Source: the human T2T-CHM13v2.0 reference genome, Homo sapiens. Taken from it: DNA of 64,000 bases. The stretch lies in assembly GCF_009914755.1 (NCBI RefSeq), contig NC_060932.1; one strand, 5' to 3'. A program made the translations under genes and the position numbers. Positions 47,713 through 63,399 of the stretch are shown here, in pieces. How positions within the stretch are numbered: position 1 is the stretch's first letter; each line of letters opens with the position of its first letter. The notes beneath the pieces are model-generated. The model was given only the letters and a program-made list of their open reading frames with translations, ran no database searches and was not told where the DNA came from.

Positions 47713-48532
47713 GTCCATTTATTTAATACTCTGCAACACTGTCACTAGTAAGAACAGCCAAAGTTCAAACCAGAAAGTCAAATACCAGAATCTTTGTTCT
47801 TCCCATTGCAGCAAGTTTTAAACACTTTAACTCAGTTTACATTTATACTTTGTCCTTGACTTTTTTTCCCTCTTAACATTTATTTACACTGCCAGATCTT
47901 ATGCTAAGTGCTTAGATTATACTTATCCTATTTAATTTTTAAAACAGTGCAGGTAACATTGATGGAAAATTGCCCAGTAAACAATTGAATGAGAAAACTG
48001 ATTTCTTGAATTGTGAAATGTGTGTGTGTATGCGCCATAGGAAAGATTAAATATGCAGAAAATACCATAACGAAATAAGAATATTGTCCTAAATTATTCA
48101 GCTTACTATTTTAATCAAATTCAACTTACTTCAGAGTGTAATTGTTAAACACTACAATTGTGCTCAGCACTGGGCTAGAAACCATAGAGCATACAAGCAA
48201 ACCATACAATGAGGACCCTGTTCTCCAGAAACTTGCTGCTTAGGTCTGAAATGAAGACGTAACTACATAGAATAGCATGTGTGTAAGGAAAACTTCAAGG
48301 CCAAGGAATGTTATGGAGAAGGTCATTGTGAGCTGGGGTTGTCAGGGAAGGTTTTGAGGAACAGATGAGATCTGAGGGAATGATAAAGGCAGGATGGGTA
48401 TGGAGAAGTAGATAGAACATTCTATGTTATGAAGAGCTTGAGTAAAGGCTTAGAGGTGGGGCATTAACACATCATTTTGAATGACAGCAAAGAGATTGGG
48501 GAGATTGGTGAGAAAAAGAACACTGATTTGGC

Positions 48533-48900
48533 TGTGGGCATGAATCCTGTGTCTTTCCCAATGTCCATCCTCCCCTTTTTCTACAATGATAGAAGTTAAA
48601 GCTGGGCACACAACCAGCTTCCCTTGCAGCTGGATGTGACAGTGTAGCTCGATTCTGGCTCATGGGGTATCAGCAGTAGTGAAGTGTGAAATTCCCAGGT
48701 CGTGTTCTTAAAATGAAATAGAATTGTCTCTCATGGTGTCTCTTTCCCCTTTTCTGCTGGTCAGAGTGTGGAAGTGGTGTTAGCCATCTTGGACTGTGTG
48801 GGTAAGGACAGAATCCTAGGGTGAGCAGAAAAACCATCTGGAAGAAGCCTAGATCCCTGACATTGACAAAGTGTCCTACCAGTTCTGGACTAACCACACT
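48533..48900 (+). mobile_element. Old MaLR LTR (MLT1J/K-like)
   Basis: CCAGCTTCCCTTGCAGCTGGATGTG..AGCCATCTTGGAC..GGAAGAAGCCTAGATCCCTGA. Confidence 0.55.
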
Positions 48901-49551
48901 GAGAGATAAGTGAGAGGGAGGATTTGATCTGAGAGCATGGGGGAGTCATTTGCTGTCAGGCATCCACAGCACTGAATTGGAGATTGTGGCATTTGTGCCA
49001 TGTGACATAGAGCTAGTTTCTCCAAATGTAACCTTACCTTATCTACACATTTGCATAATTGCTACTAGGAATATCTTTTGCAAAGACCTTTTAGAGAATG
49101 GGTACAGCAGTGGGAAGAGTGATTTTCTTTCCATATGTCAGGCAGGGACAGACACTCAAGACTTTGGCCAGCCATGTTCTGAAAGAATCAAGGACTCGCT
49201 GCAAACCCAGAAAGCTGCTATGAGATCTTACAGTTGGTGTGGGGGAGGTATTAAAAACACTAATATTTCTGGAATGGAAGCTTTAATTGAATGCAAGAAA
49301 GATACCATAACTTAGAACAAATTGCTTTTGAAATCAAATACATCTTTTGCAAATGACCTGACCTGGGTTTTTGGTTGGCTCTTTTCACAATAATCCCCAT
49401 TAAAGGATGAGTTATTGCATGGGCTCCAAATCTGCAACCTCTTTCTTTTCCCTTGGCAATAAGCAAAGGATCCTAGAATCAGACACGTGGAGGACAGGAC
49501 AGAATTAATGGTTTTCAGGCTCTGGGTTCTTTCATGCTGGAGGTTTGTGTC

Positions 49552-50531
<980 letters not shown>

Positions 50532-50794
50532 TGATCTGAGCATGAGGTTGGCAGAGCTTTGGACCCCGGCTCCCTCCTAGCTGCTGTCACTTCCTTTCTT
50601 TGAGAGTCCAGGCTGGCCTGCTGTTGACTCAGGCCAGCAGCCACACTTTTTCCTTTATCTGTGGTGCCCTGTCTACCAGGTTGTTTTTTCATTGTTCTTC
50701 TTTGCAGTTGGCTCAAGGTCAATTGTCCTTACATATTCTGTTTAAAATTTATTTTTATTTTTAATTTTTTTGAATATTATTTTTAATTTTAATT

Positions 50795-50917
50795 TTTAAA
50801 AAAAATAGAGGCAGGGTCTTGCTTTGCAGGCCAGGCTGATCTCCTGGCTTCAAGCACTCCTCCTGCCTTGACTTCTGAAAGTGCTAGAATTATATATGTG
50901 AGCCACTGCACCTGGCC
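50795..50917 (-). mobile_element. FLAM/Alu monomer
   Basis: AGAGGCAGGGTCTTGC..GTGAGCCACTGCACCTGGCC. Confidence 0.8.
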
Positions 50918-51054
50918 ACCTCACACATCCTGAAAGGTGCCTTCCTGGTTCATATTGGAAAAACACAATTTCTAAGGTTAGAGCAGAAGAGACCCCAGGC
51001 CTCCTGATGGGAGACAGAGGACAACTAAGAAATGGACCACTTCTCCTAAAATAA

Positions 51055-51250
51055 TCATAGCTATTATTTAGGAGGCACTGACTGAAAGCTAGACACTACC
51101 TTATTTAATTGAACTACCCTATGAAGCAGACACTGTTATTCCCATTTTATAGATGAGGAAGTCAAGGCTAAGAAATAATACATACTTCTCTAAGTTTACT
51201 GAGCTAGTAAATGGTGAGGCCAGGGATCAAACTCAGGCAGTGTGACTCCA
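51055..51250 (-). mobile_element. MIR
   Basis: ACCCTATGAAGCAG..CCCATTTTATAGATGAGGAAGTCAAGGCT..GCTAGTAAATGG. Confidence 0.75.
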
Positions 51251-51855
51251 TGCTGGGACACTCAGTCTCAACTCCCACAAGGGATCTACTGCGAGCTGGG
51301 CCTGGGAAGCAAGGGCTCTGGCTGGGAATGGATTCTGGGGACCAGATGGGTGATACTGGAGAGGATCCAGTGAGCCGAGAGAGGAAGGTGGTGCAGCAGC
51401 AAACTGGAGCAGAAGGCCAGGCTGGGCCCATCAGGGGGAAAGAGCGGTGCTGGATCTGACTGGCTCCAGCACAGAGCACTGCACACAGCACAGCTCACCA
51501 GATGGTTCGTTTGTTGATAAGGATTGACCTGGACCAAGGGATGCTGGGGACAATCGGCTTTGAAACTGCATCCTCTGCTCATCATAGTATAATAAGCAAC
51601 TAATACGATGCGGTGGCACATGGTGGGTGCTCAATAAAGACCTGTTGAAGGGATAAATTAACACATGCGGCTTCTATATGTCATTGTCGCTCTATATAGC
51701 TTCTATTTGCATATAGCTTCTCTCTCTGTGCAGCTTCTATACAGTGAGGACACTGCATTTGCTTTGCCTCTGGCCGCTTGATAGCTTTTATGTTACTACT
51801 CTCAAGAGCCTGGATCCATAGTGTCTCAGACAACTTTAAAGGGCCACCAATAGTG

Positions 51856-52282
51856 TGTATTAGTTTCCTGAGGTTGCTGTAACAAATTAACACACATGTG
51901 GTGGCTTCACAGAAATTCATTCTCTTTCAGTTCTGGAGGCCAGAAGTCTGAAATCAAAGGTGTCTAAGGCTCTAGGGAATCCCTTGCCCCTTCCAGCTTC
52001 TGGTGGCTCTGGGAATTCCTTGGTTTGTGATGGCATACCTCCCATCTCTGTCTCTATCTTCACAAGGTCATCTTCTCTGCCTCAAGTGTCCCTCTGTCTT
52101 TCCCTTACAAGGAAGCTTTTCACTGGATTTAGGGTCTGCCTAGATGTCAGGATTATCTCACTTTGAGATTCTTAACTTAATTACATTTGCAAAGACTCTT
52201 TGGCTAAATAATGCAACATTTGCAGGTTGTGGGGGTTAGGGTATGAGCATACCTTTTGGGGGTCACTATTAAACCTACTACA
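51856..52282 (-). mobile_element. MLT1 (B/C-like) MaLR LTR
   Basis: TGTATTAGTTTCCTGAGGTTGCTGTAACAAAT..TTCTGGAGGCCAGAAGTCTGAAATCAA..AACCTACTACA. Confidence 0.85.
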
Positions 52283-52810
52283 CAGGCCCTGAAGCCCTAG
52301 ACAGAGGAGCCACTAGTACCAGTGGGGTTGAACTTCCTCTATGTTCAATGCTTGCCCTCTTATGGTTGTTGCAGAGTGGGCTGCCTGCCCCAGAACTCTC
52401 CCCTGTAACCACTTTGTAAACCTATGAAGAAGAGTGACAGACAGGCGTGAAGAGAAGAAAGTCCAGAGACCCTGGGCTGATGGCTGGGTCCCCATAAGGG
52501 TAGTTCAGCTAGGCAAGGTCACAGTGAGCTATCTTGGCACATTTAGGAATGCAATAAAAATTCCTAGAGCAGTCTGGAGGCAGCACAGGTGGCAAGGTTC
52601 CCTAGAGAGCAGAGAGGGTCATTAGAGGAGCAGGACAGGGGAGTAAGAGTAATAAGGCTCAGCTTGGATTCCCCTAGCCGCCCTTCTGTGTGGCCACTCT
52701 GAAGCCATGTTTTCCTTTACCTTCTCCCGGTACCAGCCTTGTTTTCCAGCTGAAAACTCTGGGCCCTCAACTTGCTGGCTCCTAAGACCCAGGCTATAGT
52801 CCTGGGAACA

Positions 52811-53294
52811 TGTGATGGTTAATTTTATGTGTTAACTTGGCTGGGCCAAGGTGCCCAGAACAAACTTGGTTCTGGACGTTTTGGGGAGGGTTTTTTGGGG
52901 AGGATGAGTTTCACATTAAAATCTATGGACTTTGAGAAAAGCAGATCACAGAAGCTCAGCAGGGTCGGGCCTGGTTAGCACTTGGATGGGAGAAAAGCAG
53001 ATCACCCTCCATAATGTGTGTGGGCTTCATCCAATGGGTTGAAGGCCTGAACGGAACAGAAGGCTGACCTTCCCTCCTGCCACCAGCAAGAAGAGAATTC
53101 TCACTTGAACAGCAACATTGCAACATCTCCCTCCTGTAGCTCCCGCCTGCTGGCCGGTCCCACAATTTTGGGTTTGCCAGCCCCTGCAGTCTCTTAAGTC
53201 AATTCCTTAAAATAAATTCTCTCTCTCTCTCTGTTTCTCTCTCTCTGTATTCGTCCTATTGGCCCTGTTTCTCTGGGGAACCCTGACTAATACA
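52811..53294 (+). mobile_element. MLT2 (ERVL) solo LTR
   Basis: TGTGATGGTTAATTTTATGTG..CCCTCCATAATGTG..GTTGAAGGCCTGAA..GAACCCTGACTAATACA. Confidence 0.85.
52944..52993 (+). pseudogene. 5S rRNA internal fragment (nt ~41-90), tailless retropseudogene
   Basis: GATCACAGAAGCTCAGCAGGGTCGGGCCTGGTTAGCACTTGGATGGGAGA vs 5S GATCTCGGAAGCTAAGCAGGGTCGGGCCTGGTTAGTACTTGGATGGGAGA (46/50); flanked by direct repeat GAGAAAAGCAGATCAC. Confidence 0.9.
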
Positions 53295-54624
53295 GATCGT
53301 TTCCACCTTCCCAGTCTAGGCAGCAGCCTTCGCAAGAGCGGGAACAGCCTCTCTTCTGGGCTGTGTACTTACCTTACGCACCTTCCCTCTGCCTCTGATC
53401 TCTATCCAGACCCCACCTTCAAGTTCAGAAGATTGGCTTTTAACATGGATAAGAAACTCATTTGGGGTCTCTAGTATGCTTCTCTTTGTTTCAAACAACT
53501 GATTACAATTTTACCCCAGTCAGGAGCCATCCCACCCACTGGCTCAATAGGATTCATGGAGGGGAAACATTTGCATGATGGGGAATGTCAGGGGAACAGA
53601 ATAATGGTACCAGCCCAGCTGGGGGGCAGAGGGGTCAGCCAGGCTGAGTCAGCCAGGATGGCGGCACCAATGCAAGTGAACACAGAGATGCAGCTGTGGG
53701 CGACAGCTCATCAGGCTCTCCCAGCAAGCAAGGCGCTGAGGCCAGGGCGGAGCAGAGCCCAGGAACGTCAGGGTCATGTGGATAAAGACCTGCCTTGCAG
53801 GAACCAGAAAGAGGTCATGAACCAGGGGGTATGAAGAGACAGGAGCAGGGGGCCTGACAAATTTTACTGACAAGGGGAATTGTTTCAGCTGCCTTTTAGT
53901 CCTGTTTTTGCCACTCACTTAAAGGGAAGTCACCATGTGGTGGTAGGAAACCTTGTTGTCAGTGCTGGGAGAAAAGCCCTTTGACAGTCTGGCACAGGGA
54001 AACGCAGGAATCGTTTTTCTCACCTGCAGGGTGAAGTTATCTTTTCTACAACCCTGGAGGGACACAGCGGCACCCTGCAGGCTAGACAGAGGCGCTCTGC
54101 GCAGCACAGCAGAGCCTCATGCTGTGCATTTAAAGCATATCCAGACTTTCGAAATCTAGGAAAAAATTGTGGCTGGTTTTGAAATTTACTGGGTGTCCTG
54201 GCTAGCTCCACCCTCTGCCTTCATCTTTAACGAGGCTGTTTTATAACTCTGTAGAGATAGATATTTGCCTGTAGGAAACTAATGGTCATAATCCCTGTCC
54301 ATAGGAATGTAAATTGTGTCCAGTGGAATGCAGCTGATGATCACCCTGTGGACAGTGAACAGTTTTGCCAGTTTTTCAGCCATTTGTCAATGCATTTCAG
54401 CATTCCTCATCTGACTATAAATGTGAGGAATTTTGAGTTCTCTTTTGAACTCTCTTTTGTAATAGCTACAACATCACCTGCTTTAAATGCTGGGTTCCCT
54501 TGTTAATTAATGAGTTAAATAAAAAATCTTTGACATGTGATCATTTTATATTTGTATGAAAGTAATGATTTTACCTTTTTATTACATATACTTTTTAAAA
54601 ATAAGGTTCTTTCGGCTAATAATT

Positions 54625-55094
<470 letters not shown>

Positions 55095-55689
55095 TATTTT
55101 TTTTAAAGTTATCCCTTAACAGAGGCTGACCATTCTCAAACACACTCCCAAAATTAGACTGCTTTGTCTAGTTTAATTTCCTCCACAACAAATACTGTAC
55201 ATTAACATGTATTAAGATCATATAATTGAGGTTTATAGGTGCACAGAATGAGACTAAACCTTGCAAACAAATAGAAATACTTTCAAAATGTCCTCCCCTC
55301 CCTTATCTTGAAGGGAGAATATTGAAAAGGCCCAACCATGTGCATATAAACTTGCCTTTCCCCTTCTTTAGGCCTAGCTGAACTCTGAGATACATCAGAA
55401 GTACTGTATAGAATTTTATACTTAGCGCTGGGAATGTTATTTATGAAAAAGATTTAAAAGACTTACTGTATTTTAAGAAAGGACGGTGGTAATGTTGACA
55501 GTATAAAGATTTTTGACTCCCATGATTCTGAAACTACCAACTGCCTCCTTCTCCCCCTAAAGATGACTGCACTGTACTTGCATTCAGCACCAAGGTGCCT
55601 GGGCTCCTACAACTGTCGGTTGCTTTGACTTCACATTGCATCTCCCTTGAAAGGCAGGTCTCAGGTGACCGAGGCCTTAAAAATCTGTA

Positions 55690-55985
55690 CCATTCAGTGA
55701 CAGTGCCTACACAATATTGAGCAGCTACCACTTCAATCAAGTTCCAAAACATTTTCATCTTCTAAAAAGAAAACCTCGTACCCATTAAGCAGTTGCTCCC
55801 CATTCTGCCCTTCCCTGGCAACCACCAATCTACTTTCTGTCTTTATGCATTTACCTATTCTGCATATTTTATGTAAATAGAATCGTATCCTATGACTCAG
55901 CAATTCCACTCCTAGGTTATACTCCAAATAATTGAAAACAGGTATTCAAGCAGATACTTGTACACAGATGTTCATAGTGGCTGTA
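55690..55985. mobile_element. L1MB-like fragments in opposite orientations
   Basis: 55690-55885 antisense (TTCCAAAACATTTTCATC..ACCCATTAAGCAG); 55890-55985 sense (CAGCAATTCCACTCCTAGG..GATACTTGTACAC..TGTTCATAG). Confidence 0.7.
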
Positions 55986-57059
55986 ACTGTTAAGTTTGTC
56001 CTGGTTTTCCCTAGGCACTCTGCCTGCTTCTTCGTGCTTCCACAGGTAAATCTTTCTTCCTCTGAGCTGGAAAGGCAAAAGCCAAAATAAGGGTGTGGAC
56101 AGGAGCAGCACCCAGTTACCCCTGTCAGGGTTCTACCTCCTGAGCATGACAGTCCCAGGGATGGGTGAATGCTGTCCACTTAGGGGTACTGACGTGATGA
56201 GGCAAACATACCCAAAAAGGAGAGGTCTAGGAGACACCGTCAGGTGATTTACTGAATTCAGAAGACTGGCAGTGCCTGCCGTGGCAGCCACGGAAGTGGG
56301 ACTTGTCCAGGGTCCCTCCAGCTCAGAGGTGAATGCTGCAGGGAAGCTTGTTATATAAGCCAGCTGGATTTCCCGCTTAAGGCAAAAAATGTGCATGAGA
56401 ACCTTCCTAGGGGTGGGGGGCATGGTTCTTGTGGTCATCCTGGTCACTACCAGGAATAAGCCTGAGGCTGGGCGACCCACGGGTAAGGCAGATTTGTTTT
56501 TAAATCTGAACCCAGCGCATGAATTGCAAAGCATTTTATTCTAACTGTCTGTGGGCTCAGGGGCTTTTGGCATTATAGTCCTTGGTTTGCAAATGAAGAA
56601 ACTGGAGCTGAGGCCTTTTCCAGTATTTTCTTCCTTGCTCTCATTTCCGGCAATCATTATAAAGTGCACTCATTATCCTTACAATGGTTTGGAGATTAAA
56701 GCTTAATTTGGTTTGTTATTTCTGTGGCTTTGCCTAATAACATTTGTACCTGTACCAGCCCCACTAGGCTGTAAAGCCAACAGCTCCTTAAATCACCAGG
56801 GGCTGCAGTTTGCATCCTCAACTTTGTTCCTATTGGTCTGGCCAGAAGCAGTTTTCATGAGAACATTTTAATGGGTCACCAGGGTTTTCTGTGGGGACAG
56901 CTGCCTCTGTAACAGGCAAAATGGGACTTTCCGAAGAGAAAAGCTGGCCTGCAGGAAGAATGATCAGGCTCAGATTCTAAAATGCAGTAGTTGAATCATT
57001 TGCACCCTTTGTTGAAAGCAAATGAGAATGAAGCCACTCTCCTATTCAGGTGAGGTACC

Positions 57060-57270
57060 CTAATGTACTGTTGGGAACTAGGCAGATCTGCGTTCAAATC
57101 CTGACTCTGCCAGCTTTCTATGTGTTATTAGGACAGGTCTCTAAACTCCCTGCACATCAGTGTACCCAACTATCGAGTATGGTGATAAAACTAGAGTTAC
57201 TGTACAATTCAATGAGATAATTTTTGTAAGTAGCTAATACGTAAAAGGTGTTCAAGGATGACAGCATTAT
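57060..57270 (+). mobile_element. MIR
   Basis: GTTCAAATCCTGACTCTGCCA..TCAATGAGATAAT. Confidence 0.6.
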
Positions 57271-58838
57271 TATTCATTTAGTACTAATAGCTGCCTCCAG
57301 TCTAAAACTGGCCAAAAAAGATCAGGCAATTTGGGGATTTTTGCAATCTTAGAAGATGTGGCTTATGGGACATCAGGCCTAAGAGAGCTTTCCAGATCTC
57401 AACTTGGCAGTGATCTGGGGTTCTCTCCTATAATAGTGAGCCCTCTACTCATCCAGCCATGTGGTTTATTTAATCATTCGGAGGCTTAGCCAAGTTAAAG
57501 CAGTATTTTCAGATCCACAATTCTTGGGGGGACAGTGTCTAGAGAAGCCACAGGGTGAGTAGAATGGGATAGGAGAGTGGGGAAAGAACAATCTTTTTTT
57601 CTTCTTCTTCTTTATTGCATTTAAAGTTCTTTTGGGTCTATGTGAGTTATCCAGATACTTTTCTGTGTCAGTCATTCAACAGATGTCAACTGGGCACCTG
57701 TCCTGTGATTGGCTGCTATTCCAGTACCTCCTAATACACACATTCCTACCTCCTTTCTTCCTGCTATCTTAGGAAGATCACTATAAAACACTATTTCCTT
57801 CCTAAGAAGAGGAAGGGGTATAGGGAACAGCTGGAGGACAGTGTGAACAAAGAAGGTGTCTGAGAGGGGGAAGACAGACAGGTTCAGAAAGGAGATGGGA
57901 GAATAAAGAGAGATGGCACCTGTTTATCAAAAATGCCGGCTGCCATGGGGCACCCTTCTCTCCCTAAGCCTGTGCTGTGGAAATCACCCCCATGGTAGCT
58001 CTGCCATGAAGGCAAAGGTGATGGAAGTCTAGCTGAATAACTCTGGCCAGAATTTCTTAAGGGTTTAGAAAATTGCACGTTGCACGTGTACATGTGTGTG
58101 CGTGTTGCAACCTTTCTCTGTCCTCTGGCATAAGAGATGCTTCCCTTTAGCCCTACTACCCTTAAGTTTCCTTTGCACAAACTGTCCCTTGGTCAGGCTC
58201 AGGGGACTCTGGAGAGATGTGGCGCTGCCACAAAAAGCACAGCCAGAGGCCCAAGGGGGCCTGGGAGGCACCAGGCAAAGAAAAAGACAAATCTGAGGAA
58301 GAAGGGAGTCGGTGCCTTCCTGCCTGGCTTGTTTGTTATTACAGCTTAGGAAGGAGGAATGTGCAAGCTGTTCTGTTATGGCAGAAACCATGCCTGCTCA
58401 ATTCTTCCCCCTCTTTTCCTTTCTCTCCAGCATTCTCCTCCCTCAATTCCCCAATAGCCCAAGACAAATTCCAGCTACCAACAATGCCCTTATATTCTCA
58501 GCAAGTGAGAAGAGAATTGCTAATACCCTCTGGGTAATTCGTTTAATTAAAGCTCAGGACATATGTTGGTTCCTGGTATAGGTGAAGACATGGGGAAAAA
58601 AAAAGAGAGAGGTCAAGTGAGTTAATTACCCATGGCCAGATCTGTAAGTCTCCTGATTTCTCATATCTTTTCTTCACCGAAGAAAGGAGTGAAATGGAGA
58701 ATGGTGGCTAGATTGTCAGTTCTGCTCAGCAGCACACATGCAAAAGTTCTGGATTGATTGTGGTGCACAGTGTGAAGCAAAATGCTTGACATATCTTTTT
58801 ACATGTTACATTCCTACTTGATTAAAATGGCAATTTAA

Positions 58839-59164
<326 letters not shown>

Positions 59165-59551
59165 TTGTTTTTGCAACTTAACCAGACCCGCTGCCTCACT
59201 GCGTCAGCCCCTAGAAAATAAGCTTCTGAGACTTTGGAAGCGGGTCCTGCTGTTATACTGTGATTATTTCTACGGCATCAACCATTAAAGGGAAGGAAGT
59301 TGGTCATCCAGTTGGGTACAGTATTTAGTACTGAGATGTGTTTAATATTATTCATGGATGTCTTCAGACATTCAAGAGAAAGGGCTGTGCGAAACCATAC
59401 AGTTATGCCCGGTGTAATCCTCCCGATACCCCCTGCCCCAAGAACACCTGGAATCTGCCAGTTTTGAAATTTCTGTATACCCATAGATTCAATGTGATGT
59501 TTTCTAAATCTCGAAGTATGACTTTTTAAATGATGAGATACATAGTTGTAG

Positions 59552-59879
<328 letters not shown>

Positions 59880-60419
59880 TAAATACACGTTTTAAAGCCT
59901 TCATTCACTGATTCGCTAGGCAGCTGTTGAATGCCTGTTCTATGCAGGTACTGCTGTTGGTGCAGAAGACACAAACTTACATCCTTCTGGGTCACTCTCT
60001 TCGTCTCTTCTTTAGCCAGTCAGCCTCCTGGTAACACCTTGCACCTTGATATTCTATCAGAGATACTTGATGAAAAAGTGGCCCCTGGAAACTCTAGACT
60101 TTAATCTATTGGCTTGTCAACCCCATGGAAATAGACTGTCTGCTCTCTAATGGGTCCAGCAAAAGCTTGGGTGTGATTCTTATGGGTTGGCCCAGTTTGG
60201 GTCACATGAACACACCTGACCTGTCTCTGTGGCTGGCGGTTGGTGGGCTCTGCTTGGATATGTTTGGGTTAAATGTCTACACTGAGAGGTTAAGGGGGTT
60301 ATTTTCTCACAACTACATGGTTTTCTGAAAGGGTAGCTCTTTCAGAAACAATATAACAAGATAGGTAGGATGGTCAGGGAAAAAAACCCAACCAAACACA
60401 AATCCCAGCAGATGGCTGC

Positions 60420-60920
60420 TGCCCAGCCCAAACCTCCCTTATGAGGACCAGACTTCGATCTTGCAGTTGCTTACTCGGTGTCTCCACCTGGATGCTCCAC
60501 ACACACCTCCAGGTTACCATATTGAAATCTGACTCATCTTTCTCCACAAATGTATGTCTTTCCTTGTGTAGCTTATCTTGGTGAAGCATACAGCAATCCT
60601 CCCAACTGCTCAAGCCAGGACCTGCTCGTTGACTGATAGGCCTCAATCCTCCTCTCTCCTGGTCAGTGTGTCATCAGGCCTCAAACATTTCTTGTCTTTG
60701 TTCTTCTCTAGCCTTACTGCCACCTCCTCGGTTCAGATCATCACCATTTCTTCCCAGATGGCTGCAGTGGCCTCCTAACCAGTTTTCTTCTCTGTAACCT
60801 TGCCCCTTTCCAGTCCATGTGGATCTTTCTATAATTTAAATAGGACCATGTCCACTCACCTGTTTTAAACCACTCAATGACTACCCGGTGCCTTCAGGAT
60901 AAAATGCAAGCTTTTAAAAC
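60420..60920 (+). mobile_element. L2 fragment
   Basis: CTCCACCTGGATG..CCCAACTGCTCAAGCCAG..GGCCTCCTAACCAG..CTTCAGGATAAAATGCAAGC. Confidence 0.65.
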
Positions 60921-60939
60921 TCGGCGTACAAAGAAAGCC

Positions 60940-61225
60940 TTTCCTTCTTTCTTTCCTTCCTTCCTTCCTTCCTTCCATCCTCCCTCCCCCCCTCCTTCTT
61001 TCCTTCTCTCTTTTCTTGCATCTCCTTCCTTCCTTCCCTCCTTCCTTCTCTTTCTTTTTCTTTCTCTCTCTTGCTTTCTTTCCTTTCTTTCTTTTTCTTT
61101 CTTTCTTTCCTTCCTTCCTTCTTTCTTTCTTTTCTTTCTCCTTCCTTTCTTCCTTCCTTCTTTCCTTCCTTCCTTCCTTCCTTCCTTCCTCCCTCCCTCC
61201 CTCCCTCCCTCTCTCTCTCTTTCTC

Positions 61226-61237
<12 letters not shown>
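60940..61237. repeat. (TTCC)n/(TTTC)n polypyrimidine tract
   Basis: Direct reading, ~300 bp almost purine-free on + strand. Confidence 0.95.
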
Positions 61238-61808
<571 letters not shown>

Positions 61809-63399
61809 CCAAGAATAAATATTTCAAGGCAAAAGTTACAATAAAGTTATGTGCAAAAGCTATGAAAATGTGAAGATGGGAGCACTAGAGACATTCCAGG
61901 GAGGGCAACATTTGAGATGGCCCTTTAGGAATGAGTAGCAATTTACTAGCTAGACAAGGAGATAAAGGCAATTCCAGGTAGGGGAATGGCTATGCAAAGA
62001 CACAAACATATGCGGTGGTAGGACGTGATTTGAGAATGGGTGTGGTTGCCTAGGATATTCCAGGTAGTCAAGAGATGACAATGGAAGGGAGGGAAGCCAG
62101 GGTTTGAACAGCAGCAACAGTTACAGAGGTGAGCATTTCTGGTACTTTCTAGACACCTGATACGGAAACTATGTTACTTATATATGTTATCTCATTTAAT
62201 CCCCGTTATTATTATTTTTATAGGTAAATAATGTAATTTAAGTTTTTCATTTTGCATGTCAAATGTGAAAATCTGTAAGAGTAAGTAACTTTGATTGTAC
62301 AACACGTAAAGATCCTTGAAATTAGTTGTAATTAAAAATATTTTGCTCTTTTAAAAATGGGAATTAAACTTTGATTTTTTGTTCTAATTAAAAATGACCA
62401 TTTTCTTTTTTAAGAATAAAGATATTAGACACTAGTGAACTCATATAATTGCTTTGCAGTTTCCATGGTTGAATATTTTGAAAGTGAAATAAGTTTTCCA
62501 GTTTTAAAGTACGGTGTGAAATAGAAGTATTTTATAAGAAATTAGATTATTTAGAATATATAGAATAAATTATATTGTGTCTAATATTAATCGTCATTCC
62601 TGTTGATAATCTCAGTTTATAGGTTAAGTGACTTGGCCAAGGTCATGGAATTGCAAGTGATAAAACTTATATTAAAAATATGGGGCAATGATTGTTTGCT
62701 TGGCTGATTCTCTCCCTCATCCTTGCTTTAAGATCAAGGATATTGTAGTTTTGCTCATTTGATACCTGTCTGTGACTAACATGCTAAAGAGTTTAGACTT
62801 GATCCTCAAGTTAATAAAACCAATGAAAGCTGGACAATAATATGGATATGAGTAGATCATTGTGGCCAAAGGATTGGAGAAGGGGAGCTTGATTGGAAGG
62901 GCATGTTAAGAGTCTAGGGGAGATGATATCAACTTCAACAAGTCAGGGATAGTGAGGATAGGGAGGATTGAATGTAACTGATTAATATCTTAGAGGCGCA
63001 ATAGACAAAACTTGGAGACTGTGCACATGTTGCAGGGTTAAGGGTGAGGCCAAGGCAGGGGCTTGGGCAGCTGAACAGATTGTGACACCAGTGGTGAAAA
63101 TAGAGAAAACAGGTGAAGGAGCCAGCTGGGTGTTAACGAATGATTTTGGTTTTAGATACCTTAAGATATGATCCCTTCAGAACAATAGCTTGGAGATCAC
63201 CGTCATCAAAATATCCACTTGCCCAAATCTGTAGTCCCCAGGCCCCTGGAGCAAGGCCTGCTGCCCTGGGTGTCTTGGCAGTTGTTCAAGCACGACTGGA
63301 ATCTGGCTTAGCATTAGGCCAAGTGAGCACAGAGACTTGCACTGCTGCATATTTAAAATTACTTGTCAGGAAAAGGAGCTACAGAGAAGAGGGGCTGTG

